NCBI RefSeq assembly: GCF_001194135.2
Contig: NC_068991.1
Span: forward strand, 65,739,697 to 65,803,696
Length of the DNA stretch: 64,000 bases
Source: Octopus bimaculoides
Taxonomy: Eukaryota
Direction of reading: 5' to 3'
The notes beneath the pieces are model-generated. The model was given only the letters and a program-made list of their open reading frames with translations, ran no database searches and was not told the origin of the DNA. The translations under genes were made by a program, and so were the position numbers. Of this stretch, positions 51,623 to 63,185 are shown piece by piece. How positions within the stretch are numbered: position 1 is the first letter of the stretch; each line of letters opens with the position of its first letter.

Positions 51623-52582
51623 AGGTGCTAACATTAAGTTGACTATTTCCAGAAGTTTGAGCGACCTCATAAAAGACTCTCTAAGTAGCTCGTAATTTCC
51701 AGCTCAGTACAGGGTCGATATAATTGACTGTACCCCTTCCCCAAATACGTGTTTGCGTATATGTTCTAAATAAGACATAAGTAACCTTTTTCGAGAAGCG
51801 GGCCGCATAAGACGGCTAAAAAAATTCAAGGTAAATTTCCTTTAGGTCTCAGATTGTTCGTCATTAATTCTTTATTGAGGGGACGGTGGATTAGCAGAAT
51901 CGTAAGAGCGTCAAACTGCCTTGTGATATTTATTCCAGCTCTCTACTTTCAGAGTTAAAATCCCGCTGAGGTCAATTTTGTCATTCATCCCTTTAATAGT
52001 CAATAAAATAAAGTACCATTCTATTACCGAGTTCCCCAAATTCCAGGCTCTGTGCCTATGCTTCTACAATTACTTCGTCCCGTCCCCAAAGGGTGTTGAT
52101 AGTTGATCAAAGAGAGCGCCTGACAAAATAGTTTTGCGATATTTAGTTACGTCCCTTTACATTCTGAATTCCAATCCCGTCGAAGTTGATAAAATAAGTG
52201 CCAATGGCAAACTGATTGAATACTCTTTCTTCTTTTTATTTTACTTGTATCTCTGTTCTTATGCTTGGAATCGTTTTAATATTTGAAATATAAGATATAA
52301 TGTTTCCAAGTTGACGTTAGAGAAAGACAGGGAACCACCTAGAAACAAGGGCAGATAACCTCTATTACGATTTTGCTCAAAAATATTTCTTTGTCTTTTC
52401 TGCCCGTGTAAAGTTGTTTGCCTTCGAAATATATATATTTTAAAATTATTTATTGTTTCTTCCACTTCGACAAATAACATAAAGAAAATTTTAGAATTAC
52501 CAAGTTAATTTGATATCAATTATTTATTAAAATAAAGCGGGACGTGTTGTTTGTAGTTGTTTATATATCACGAAGTTGCAAG

Positions 52583-52592
52583 ATGGCAGAAG
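52583..52592 (+). CDS. DPY30: Putative first coding exon of DPY30 (MAE + 1 nt)
   Basis: gcaagATGGCAGAAG|GTGAGT with strong Kozak and donor in a CpG-rich zone. It is the nearest such exon upstream of the clear DPY30 exons; the linkage is inferred. Confidence 0.6.
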
Positions 52593-53934
52593 GTGAGTGT
52601 TTGGCGGTAATTTTCGCATAATTTCATCCCATTTCTGATGTTATCTTGAAATATTCTTCATTTTCTCTGGCTGCATGCCCAGATTTTATTGATTACTTTC
52701 GTCCGTGTTTATATCATCAATCGATTATAATTATAAATGTATAATTATATATATATATATATATATGCATATATATATATAAGCGGTTTTTCTGAATGTA
52801 TCGGTAAAATATTTTATTATTGTAACCAAGGGTTATATAGTTTAGTACATGGCGAAAATTGTCTTTTTTTTTTAAACTTTGACCATGGGTGCTACTAATT
52901 TCATTGATTATATATGGAGAAACAAATAACATTTATAAAAATTTGCTGAATTTAATTGTACTCTTCGGCAATAATTTCAAATATCCGGTTCTACTTTCAT
53001 TTTGTACAGGCATTTTACAATTTATATTCTAAGAAAAAGACAAAATTTTATTACTCTCTTCGAGTTATAATACATTTTTTTAAATATTAAAAAAACCAGC
53101 AAGTTTTCTTACAATCGTACGTACCAAATATAAAAAAAGCAGCAAAAATATTTCAGAAGTGATTGAATTGTCATTTTTATTTGAGATAAAATTCTGTTAA
53201 TTTTCTTTTTCTTTTTTAGTACAAATAATCTATTAAGTTTGTTTTGACTACGCACATGTCCCAATATAATTGAAGAGGTGGGGATGCGGGTGTAAATGGA
53301 TAGAATATCGCGACATTTATGCTTATATGAATACATTTAAGTTGTATATGAGTGAAGTGACAACATATCTGATATTATAAAACGAGATAAAATTTTAGAT
53401 GATCTGGGACATTTAACTACTATTTCTAATTTGAAAATAAGTTGTTTTTTTCTGTTATTTTCACCCTCAAACCAACCATCCTATACATTAATATTCTACT
53501 TACAATATATATATATTTTTTCTTTATTTTCATATGAATTCAATATTTCCAGAAAAGGTCAGTAAAATAAATTCTTGGTATTTTTTCAGTTTCTTGCTGT
53601 CTAGTTTTTCAATACCCTTCCTCCCTTTCATACACAAAGAAAAAAAATGAGACGCAGAAGTTTTAGGCGGGGAAATGAATAGTTCCTTGAACTAATATCT
53701 ACCTGCTGACCAAAGAACGTGGTCAACCGTAGCAATGACATGATCTCATTATTTTATATCTATCTATCTATCTATCTAATCTATCTACGATGTTCAATTC
53801 TTTCTGATTTACTTGGAAACGACGTCATTTCAGAAATATCAACCTTCCTGTTATCGATCTTCCAGAAATATCAATCTTCCCATTTTATTTGTTTATTCAT
53901 TTTTACACGGCGTTCGTTCCTAAGATGTACGTTT

Positions 53935-54043
53935 GTTGCCACAGCGAAAGCAAAATCAGTTTTGGAACCCTCTCTTGTCATAGCAACGACACTCTTAAAA
54001 CGCAGATCGGCTGCTTGTCATGGTAAACAGTTACCATGGTTAC
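53935..54043. promoter_or_regulatory. Cluster of RFX X-box-like motifs in DPY30 intron 1
   Basis: CTTGTCATAGCAAC 53974-53987, CTTGTCATGGTAAAC 54014-54028, GTTACCATGGTTAC 54030-54043 (reverse GTAACCATGGTAAC), half-site GTTGCCA 53935. Confidence 0.55.
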
Positions 54044-54234
54044 AAGAGTCAAGATTGCATTTAAGATTATTTTCGTTCGGTACAACTCACTTTGTCATTT
54101 CTTTTTCAGTTGTACAATCCAAATCTGGTGGTTTTTACTTTTGTGGCTAATGACACTAGATATTTAGTTCAACATTTTCTAATGAAATTCTTCAGTGTTC
54201 GATAGTCAGGTTCCCCTCAGTAACATAGTGATTA

Positions 54235-54672
54235 AGTAGTCAGTTTCTCCCCAGCAACTTGTTCACCAATTGGTCAAGCTATTATCAGGAGCTTGGTAAC
54301 CAACCTGGTAAAGCTTTATCTCTCACCTTAGTAACTAATTGGTCAAGCAATTCCCAGTAGATTGATAACAAATTGGTCACCAACAATGTAGCCAACTTTG
54401 TCACACTATGTTTAGCTGCTTGGTAACCAGCATCTTTTAAGGGCAGCTTGCTAACCAACTTATCAAGCTATTTTTGGCAGCTTGCTAACCCACTGGTCAA
54501 GCTGTCCTTAACAGTTCAGTAACCAACATAGCTTTTAAGGGCAGCTTGGTAATCAACTTGGTCAAGCTATCCTGGGAAGCTTGGTAACCAACTTGGTCTA
54601 GTTCTGCCCAAAAGTCCTGTAACAAATTTGGTAATCTTTATGAAGCTATTCCCAGGATTGTAGTAACCAACT
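54235..54672. repeat. Degenerate minisatellite, ~33-35-bp unit (cagcttggtaaccaacttggtcaagctat...)
   Basis: About 12 diverged units, visible by eye. Confidence 0.8.
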
Positions 54673-54698
54673 AATAATAAAATGGTCTCAGTATTATG

Positions 54699-55075
54699 GT
54701 CATCATTTAACGTTCACTTTCCATGCTGGCATGGGTTGGACGGTTTGACATGGAGCTGGCTGGCAGGTAGCTGTCTGTTTCCACAGCTGGATGACCTTTC
54801 TAATGCCAATCACTTAACAGAGTGTGCTGGGTGCTTTCTGCATACCACTGGCACAGGTGCATTTACACGGCGCCAGCATGGGTGTGTTAGTGTAGCATCA
54901 GCATGGGTACCAGCCTGAAAGGACAAGCCTGTACATGTGGAAAACAGCGATTTTACTTAGCTTGACATGTCTTATTAAGTACAGCAAATCACCACATCTC
55001 CTGGTTCTTTGTCATTTCCTCAGTGACTCCGAGTGACCGAAGATCCTTTCTCACCACTTCATCCCACCCTTTCCT
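54699..55075 (-). mobile_element. RTE 3' end plus tail
   Basis: Reverse complement matches 1560-1680 and the (GAT)n tail family. Confidence 0.75.
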
Positions 55076-55438
55076 GGGTCTCACGTGAGACGGACAGAAT
55101 TTGATGAGACAGATTTTCTATGGTGTTTCCTGTTTCTGAGCAAGTTAATAATATTTCCCATGTCCAGACATATTATTCTACAGAAGGCTGAAAATGAACA
55201 TGTATGATGGTGATGCTCATTTACAACCCACACACATATATGGTAGGCTTCTTTCAGTTTCTATCTGCCAAATCTATTCACAAGGCTTTAGTCAGCCTAA
55301 AGTAGAAGAAACTTGCCCCAGGTGCCATGTAGTGGGACTGAAATCACATGGTTCACACAGCCATGTCTATACTTATATTTTATTTAAGTTATCTCTCTGT
55401 TCTTTTTTCGTTTTTGTTTGTTGCCCAATATATACACC

Positions 55439-55909
55439 TGTAGTGAAACCTCTCTCTTGGGCATTCAATCACAAATAATAATGAAGCAGCTAACATCTAG
55501 CCTTCGGCTGCTTTAGACCCTTGTGTCCACCACCCTGATTGATTCTTATTTGCGCGGCAATTGTCTACAATTCTGTTTCGCGCCAGGGTGCATACCGTCC
55601 AATCATGGCCTTCAGATAAGGTCACGTGAGAGAGTGTTTTTCTGCTGTTCCGGTGAGCCCCTGTTCATCTATAAATAAGCCCGCTCCAACTACGCCAGTC
55701 GTCGCGACCACAGACCTTTTCAGGTCTGGTCATTTGACCACATACCAACCAGCCAGTTTCCAGCGACAACGTCATCGTCATCACCACCAATGTACTGGCT
55801 ACCACAATCACGTCGGGGTCACCAGTTTGTAATAAACGACCGTGCAAACCAAAGGAGTCATCTTCCACTTTGTCGCCATCTCCCTTGGTTCGCACGGTCG
55901 TTTATTACA
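55439..55909 (+). mobile_element. Solo LTR (Gypsy-like by termini)
   Basis: TGTAGTGA...TTATTACA termini, imperfect 4-bp TSD CACC/CATC, TATAAATA 55670-55677, AATAAA 55831-55836; CpG-rich relative to flanks. Confidence 0.65.
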
Positions 55910-56125
55910 CATCCATGTAAGTCACTCAATCAAGTTGCAGTAGTGTCCAAGCATACACTGAGATATTTGAGTCAGACATTTTCCATGTCACTTAGACTTG
56001 TGAGGTGTCTATATGTCAGAAATGTACTTAACTGTGTTGTAGGCATAAATTTTAATATAGAGCACAAACAATAGTTCTGTTTTAAAGCAAGAGTAGTGCT
56101 GTTATGATTTCAGTAATGTCCTTTA

Positions 56126-57010
56126 TGGGGTGTTTGGGTTAAGTTCTATTTTTGTTTCTATGTATCCTTTTCCCTGGAATGGCTTGATGTATTGATGAAC
56201 AGTCAAAACACTTATTGGAGAGCATAAAAATCAAAGTTGTAGTTGAGAAAAATGTAGCTGATGTAGAGGATTGGAAACCATTGGAATATTGAGAAAGAAT
56301 TAGCTGTATCATGATTTGCACTGGGTATCAAATTACCGACATCATAAATGCTACTCAATGCTCTGTGAACACTGTAATGGCTGTAAAATGTAACATGAAC
56401 AGCTGCAACAGAGATTACAAAGCCATGACCAGCAAGAAGTTGATGGTCTTTGGTGTGTCTCCAGTGGGGGTGACATCATGCTGCCCCACATCTTTGAACA
56501 GGGATTTAGACTCAATTCAGATGGCTATGTGAAGCAGTTGAAGACTGTGGTCAACCCCTGGCTGGAGTGGGTTGCTGCTGGAAGGCCATATGTGTGGGAG
56601 AATTTTTGGCTCCTTGCCATGCCCACTAGCAATAGTTGGAAGTGGTTATCAGAGAATTTCTATGACTTCCTGGTCTCCTAATTTGCCTGATTGTAATCCC
56701 ATGGATTACTGTGTAGAGCACAGTTGAGAAACACACCAACTACTTTGCCTGCAGCACCAAGGGCAAGCTGGTGGCCAAGGTCAAGGAGGTGTTCAAAGAT
56801 CTCTCCAGGGACAGTGAGGAATGCATGCACCATGTCCTGGAGTTGTCTTAAGGCCATAGTAGAAGCTGTGGGCAGCTACTTTGGGTAAACTGTTATCTCC
56901 TAGCCATAATCTAGTTGATATTTTTTGATATTTTTCAAATACTTTATTTTGGAATGCGATATTGTTTTCTTTCCCTTTTATGCAAACTCAAATTTAGCCT
57001 GAACACCCTG
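56126..57010 (+). mobile_element. Internally deleted maT/DD37D-like Tc1/mariner element
   Basis: LMVFGV...MLPHIFEQGFRLNSDGYV...PWLEWVAAGRPYVW...WLSENFYDF and WSPNLPDCNPMDY motifs; TA-flanked TIRs (TGGGGTGTTTGGGTTAA left, CAGGGTGTTCAGGCTAA right reverse-complemented). Confidence 0.85.
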
Positions 57011-58212
57011 TATGTATGTTTCACATATAATTTTTAAGTTTATGATAATAGCAATCTCACAGCATATATTTTTAATAGTCTATGCATGTTTTACCTGTGA
57101 TATTTGTGGTCATTACAAATGTAGGCACAACCATATCTCTTTATGTAACCAGAAATCAGTTTATTCTTCATTAGTAAAGGAACAGCCAATTGAATGCCAT
57201 TGCTGTTTAGCTTCTGGGCAGCCCTGGTCCATCATATATACTACCATAATAGATTTTATTCAGGCATAGTGTATCTAGGACTCAATTATCCAATATCTTT
57301 TTTTTTTTTCTTAGTGACAGGCTTTGAGGGGAAATTCTATTGTTCATTTTTGTACATTGAATAACCACATAGAAGTGCTTTTTCAAGTTTTTCAAGCATT
57401 AGTTTGTCTTTGATTTGAATCCCTCATGAAGTTCATATGGTAATGTTACGGTTTACAAATGTTCGAATAAAGAGTTATAATCTCTTGCATCTTATTACCT
57501 TAAGCAGAAAGGGCAACTCACTCTCTTTTTTATAGCCTTCTACAACAGTAGATTGGGGTGGCACCTTGGGCATGTGATAGCAACCCCTTAGTCTCCTGTG
57601 TCAGGGATATGGTGAAGACATCACTAGCAGGCCGTTGGATAATCAACAAAGCAGAAGATTGAAGGTTATAACTTGAAGGTTATTGCTGCCAAGTGGAAGA
57701 TCTGTACCATTAGACAATGGTTGGGCATCAATTAGCAAGTAAGCTGCTACTGTGAGGCAGCCTCATTGTTGACTATGCTTGTTGCACTCTTTTACACCAC
57801 TTGGTACATGGCATGATGTCCTAGAGAGACAGTCTGGCTGGGGGATGATACCAATTGCCTTAACCATCCAAGGCATTTTGTTCCTGAACAGAATAGCATC
57901 GACTGACGATGGAAATCTGCCACCACTTGGTGATACCTTCAAAACATTTCCTCGAAACCAAGGGTCATCTTAAACACCATGTATAAAATCTGAATCATAA
58001 CATTCTATGGCTTTACACTGACGCCAATTGCAATGGAGAAAAGTGTAAAACACTTGTATATCTAGTGTGGCTTTACCACTGTGTTTTTGCTACTGAAATT
58101 TAAAGGTTTGTTTGAGAAACTGGATTTAATTGTTGGGATGGTTGTTGAAGGATTATTGAGACAGAAAACTCTCAGCAATAAATACCAGACTCCAGTGACT
58201 CTGTGATTCTTG

Positions 58213-58536
58213 GGTGGCTGTGTGATAAGTAGCTTGCTTACCAACCACATGGTTCCGGGTTCAGTCCCACTGCATGGCACCTTGGGAAAATGTCTTCTAC
58301 TATAGCCTCAGGCTGACCAAAGCCTTGTGAGTGGATTTGGTAGACGGAAACTAAAAAAAGCCCGTCGTATATATGTATATGTATGTATGTGTGTGTGTTT
58401 GTGTGTCTGTGTTTGTCCCCCCCAACATCGCTTGACAACCGATGCTGGTGTGTTTACGTCCCCGTAACTTAGCGGTTCGGCAAAAGAGACCAATAGAATA
58501 AGTTCTAGGCTTATAAAGAATAAGTCCTGGGGTCGA
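58213..58536 (+). mobile_element. CORE-like tRNA-SINE, young, truncated by gap
   Basis: Family body. Confidence 0.9.
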
Positions 58537-59514
58537 NNNNNNNNNNNNNNNNNNNNNNNNNNNNNNNNNNNNNNNNNNNNNNNNNNNNNNNNNNNNNNNN
58601 NNNNNNNNNNNNNNNNNNNNNNNNNNNNNNNNNNNNNNNNNNNNNNNNNNNNNNNNNNNNNNNNNNNNNNNNNNNNNNNNNNNNNNNNNNNNNNNNNNNN
58701 NNNNNNNNNNNNNNNNNNNNNNNNNNNNNNNNNNNNNNNNNNNNNNNNNNNNNNNNNNNNNNNNNNNNNNNNNNNNNNNNNNNNNNNNNNNNNNNNNNNN
58801 NNNNNNNNNNNNNNNNNNNNNNNNNNNNNNNNNNNNNNNNNNNNNNNNNNNNNNNNNNNNNNNNNNNNNNNNNNNNNNNNNNNNNNNNNNNNNNNNNNNN
58901 NNNNNNNNNNNNNNNNNNNNNNNNNNNNNNNNNNNNNNNNNNNNNNNNNNNNNNNNNNNNNNNNNNNNNNNNNNNNNNNNNNNNNNNNNNNNNNNNNNNN
59001 NNNNNNNNNNNNNNNNNNNNNNNNNNNNNNNNNNNNNNNNNNNNNNNNNNNNNNNNNNNNNNNNNNNNNNNNNNNNNNNNNNNNNNNNNNNNNNNNGGAG
59101 AGACAAGTTACTGAAGAGATTGCAAGAGTGCAATGAAATAATTTAACAAAAGACTATATAAATTAATAAAGGACTGAACCAGTGCGTGTGTTTATTACCG
59201 GCATAATGCCTCTCCCAAGGTTTAATTGTATTTCTTTCAACACACGTTTCCTCATCAAGAATCTTGCATACCAAATACACATATGAAATATGTTTTTTAT
59301 GTTTGCCTATCAATATTTTTTTGTTTTTTGCATGAAATAAAAATAGTCAATTTTAAATATCTTTCAATATTATCCTAGTTACAAGATTTTTAAATAACAC
59401 ATCTTCAGTATATACTTTCTGCTTTCCTGTAAATTAATTTCAAGTAGAGCAATGATGTTTAGAATTGTTTAAAGTAAATTTAACAAATGAATAACTCTAC
59501 TTATTTACTTTCAG

Positions 59515-59660
59515 AAAATATTAGGTAATGAAAAGGAGATGATGGAGTTACCAGCCAAACGGCCAAAAGTAGATCTTCAATGTCTACCAACAAGAGCTTA
59601 CCTTGACCAAACTGTTGTCCCTATTCTACTTCAAGGAATGTCAGCATTAGCAAAAGAAAG
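59515..59660 (+). CDS. DPY30: DPY30 internal exon ([49 protein letters not shown])
   Basis: tttcag acceptor and AG|gtaata donor; the [18 protein letters not shown] signature of the Dpy-30 dimerisation domain. Confidence 0.97.
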
Positions 59661-59873
59661 GTAATATACAGTGTAGATGTTTATTACTGTGTTATATAGC
59701 TCTGATAACTTTTAACATTGGCTAGCTAAGGTTCTTGTTTTTGAACTCCTGGCTGCAGCTTCTGGGAAATGTAGTTGAGATCTAAAATACTTCCGTCCCA
59801 AACCTAACATGACATATTCGATATGACAGAATCTGTTGGCTGTTTGATTAGTTTTCTTTGTTTTGAGTGGCTA

Positions 59874-60126
59874 GGCGCACAGGAGTAGGTGTGTGGTAGG
59901 CAGCTTGCTTTCCAACCACATGGTTCTGAGTACAGTCTCACTGCGTAGCACCTTGAGCTAGTGTCTTCTACTATAGCCTCTGGCCAACCAAAGCCTTGTG
60001 AGTGGATCTGGTTAACAGAAACGGAAAGAAGCCTGTCGTATATATATATATGTGTGTGTGTGTGTGTATATATATGTGCGTGTGTGTGTATATATGTGTG
60101 TGTGTGTATATACACATGTATATATA

Positions 60127-60158
<32 letters not shown>

Positions 60159-60161
60159 CAC

Positions 60162-60201
<40 letters not shown>

Positions 60202-60362
60202 NNNNNNNNNNTATATATATATATATATATATATGAATGCATGTGTGTATATGTTTGTGTGTCTTTGTCCCCTACATCGCTTGACAACCGATGCTGGTGT
60301 GTTTACGTCCCTGTAACTTAGCGGTTCATCCAAAGAGATTGAGAGAGTAAGTACTAGGCTTA
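59874..60362 (+). mobile_element. CORE-like tRNA-SINE with expanded internal microsatellite
   Basis: Family head, core and tail. Confidence 0.85.
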
Positions 60363-60749
60363 ACAAAATCACCTTTGAATCTGCTGGAACATATCAAGAA
60401 TGAAATATGTCATTTATTTTACTAAATCTCTCCAAATTCATGAGATAAAAAATTAATTGAAATATCCAAGACAGTTGTATTTTAGTTAGAAATATGGTTG
60501 ATAAAAGTTTAAAGTTTTTTTTTCTTTTACTTTCTTCAAGAACATAGCTACCTATTCTTCCACCTTTATAACCGAGTCTTATGTTAATTTAGGCTAATTC
60601 TTTTCTTCATCAGTGGGGCTTTAAAGCTTTCTGTTATTCTCATCTCTTCAACTATTAGTTTCTTGCTTCTTTCCAGAGCATTTCCTTTGCCACTGTAGCA
60701 CCTGATGGCAATACTACTATGTCAGTATCATCTCATGCTACTTGATTAT

Positions 60750-60985
60750 TAAGGTGGCGAGATGGCAGAAACGTTAGCACGCTGGCAGAAACGTTAGCAC
60801 GCTGGGTGAAATGCTTAGCAGTATTTTGTCTATCTTTACATTCTGAGTTCAAATTCTGCCAAGGTCGACTTTGCCTTTCATCCTTTTGGGGTTGATAAAT
60901 TAAGTACCAGTTGCGTACTGGAGTCGGTCTAATAGACTGGCCCCATCTCCAAAAAATTTCGAGCCTTGTGCCTAGAGTAAAAAAA
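60750..60985 (+). mobile_element. Meta/Nin-type tRNA-SINE with a 20-bp tandem duplication in its head
   Basis: tggcagaaacgttagcacgc twice; gcctttcatccttttggggttgataaattaagtaccag domain; A-rich tail. Confidence 0.85.
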
Positions 60986-61548
60986 AAAAAAACTACTTGA
61001 TTATCTCACTGTACCATTTGATTGATTAGTGAACATCCTACTTTACCAGATATTTTCAGCATTTCAGTGACTATCCCTAATGGTCTAAATGTCTCCTTCT
61101 CTATCTGTATATGTAAATTTCTGTGCATGTGTGCATCTTTGTGTGTTTTGGTGCATCCAGTACCAAAGCATGCTGTCACAAAAACAGCTTGAATATCCAG
61201 TCAGCCATGCCAAATCAACAGCATTCAAACAAACCATCTCAACTTTGCAAACATGCATTATTGTAAAAACAGTAAGAGTGATAAATGTTAAAAATTTTTA
61301 AAATGAGCTTAGGGACGTAACTCAAGTGGATTAATGACATAAATTTAGATAAATGATAAAGTAGGTCATAATACTTCTCCCCTTTTCTTTACGCCCTATT
61401 AATGCTTACCATTAGGTCTTTGTGTTTTTTCCTTCTTCTTTTTCTCATACTGCAGAATATTTTTTTGTATATGTCATTCAGTACACCACTCTGTATCTGA
61501 AATGAGTGTTGCTTATTGTTGATAAATTTATTTCATTCTGTTTTCCAG

Positions 61549-61615
61549 GCCTCCTAATCCAATTGAATATCTTGCTTCGTATTTACTGAAGAACAAGAAC
61601 CAGTATGAGAATTAA
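61549..61615 (+). CDS. DPY30: DPY30 last coding exon (R-PPNPIEYLASYLLKNKNQYEN*)
   Basis: ttttccag acceptor, phase-2 join AG+G, PPNPIEYLASYLLKNK signature, TAA stop. Confidence 0.97.
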
Positions 61616-61694
61616 TGTTTTTTCTGGTGCCGTTACTTGACTTTATAATTTGTACATAGCTGTGTATATCTTACTCTTCATACAAGTGTATTTA

Positions 61695-61700
61695 AATAAA
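61695..61700 (+). terminator. Probable DPY30 polyadenylation signal
   Basis: AATAAA 80 nt after the stop, followed by a T-rich tract. Confidence 0.6.
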
Positions 61701-61884
61701 CCATGCCAAATGTCATTCCATTTACATTTCTCTTTGATTAAACTTTATTCATTAATTCTTTATTCCCTTAACAAAAGCTTGATGGCTAAATGGTTAAGAT
61801 AATTAACTAGCTATTGATCCAGGTGTTACAAGATAATCATTATTGCTGACTGAAGCATGATCTTTGGACGTTGAGTCTGACCGA

Positions 61885-62040
61885 GGCACACACTACACTC
61901 ATGGAGTGGTTGGCATTTGGAAGGGCATGCAGCCGTAGAAACCAAGCCAGCTCAGACTGGAACTTAGTACAGCTCTCCAGCTCTGGTCAAACCGTCTAAC
62001 CCATGCCAGCATAGAAAATGGATGCTAAATGACGATGATT
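61885..62040 (+). mobile_element. RTE-tailed element fragment
   Basis: Family 3' body ending gacgatgat. Confidence 0.7.
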
Positions 62041-62454
62041 ATTATTTTATCTCCTTAGGAGGTGTGGTTATGTGGGTGGTTAAGAAACTTGCTTCTCAAC
62101 TACATGGTTATGGGTTCAGTCTCATTTTGTGACATCTTGGGTAAATGTCTTCAACTATAGCCCTGGGTCAACCATTGCTTTGGAAGTAGATTTGGTAGAC
62201 AGAAACTGAAAGAAGCCCACTATGTGTGAATGTGTGTGTATGTATCTCTCACTCTCTCTCTCTCTCTCTCTCTCNNNNNNNNNNNNNNNNNNNNNNNNNN
62301 NNNNNNNNNNNNNNNNNNNNNNNNNNNNNNNNNNNNNNNNNNNNNNNNNNNNNNNNNNNNNNNNNNNNNNNNNNNNNNNNNNNNNNNNNNNNNNNNNNNN
62401 NNNNNNNNNNNNNNNNNNNNNNNNNNNNNNNNNNNNNNNNNNNTATATATATGC

Positions 62455-63185
62455 TACGTCCCCTCCCTTTTGGTTACCTCCTCCCCACCTCTCAGAACTA
62501 CCATTTTTCATCTTCTCTACCTACAATTTCCACCAATCACCTTGCTGCGGCTTCAATCATTGCTCTCTCATCTCTACTGTATGCCATCCTTAACTGCTAT
62601 CACACTCAATTCCCTCATATATCTACCATAACCCCCCCCCCCCGACACATATCCTGAATCACACCTATTTCTCACCATCACTTGTTATAGTCATCTCTAC
62701 TCCATCTCTAACTTCCTCTTCTCTTATGAAACTTCTTTCTCTATCCCCCATCTGTCCACTCACTTTGTCCAATTCTCTGTACCACTTATATTCACCTTGC
62801 ATTATACCGTGAGAGTATGTCCCAACACCACCACCACCACCACCAACTCTGTCACCAGATAACTTGCAAGACAAAGATCCCTTGTCTAGGACAGGGAGTA
62901 CAATTGAGGGAGGTTGCTTTGTGCCAGTCGAGAGGTCAAAGTGGATAGAGATAGCTGTCTTGCTGTAGAGGAGATGCATGGCTATCCTAGTCGGAAAGAG
63001 ACAAACAGAGTTAAAGTTAGGGTTAGTGTAAAAGGCATCCTGTAGATTCTGTAAAGTGGTTGGCATTAGGAAAGGCATCCAGCCATAGACATCATGCCAA
63101 AGCAGACAGTAGAGCTTGTTGCAGCTCTCTAGTTTGCCAGCTTCTGTCAAACCGTTCAACCCTTGCCAGCACGGACGTGGTGATA
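62455..63185 (+). mobile_element. Unclassified repeat ending in the RTE-type tail
   Basis: 3' part (63040-63185) is the RTE-tail family; the pyrimidine-rich 5' part was not classified. Confidence 0.45.

Noticed and set aside
53719-54150. 143-aa plus-strand ORF
   Set aside because: Crosses a (TATC)n run and motif-rich non-coding DNA; no homology and low-complexity composition.
54235-54672. CRISPR-like or coding tandem array
   Set aside because: Eukaryotic context, degenerate units without unique spacers, and no maintained reading frame.
411-62657. Long ORFs containing X runs (e.g. 411-830, 7328-7909, 33635-34441, 50573-51421, 58351-59133, 62155-62657)
   Set aside because: Open only because they cross N gaps (488-730, 7383-7857, 15802-16006, 23274-23464, 33765-34213, 34567-34741, 50680-51296, 58537-59096, 62275-62443) and microsatellites.
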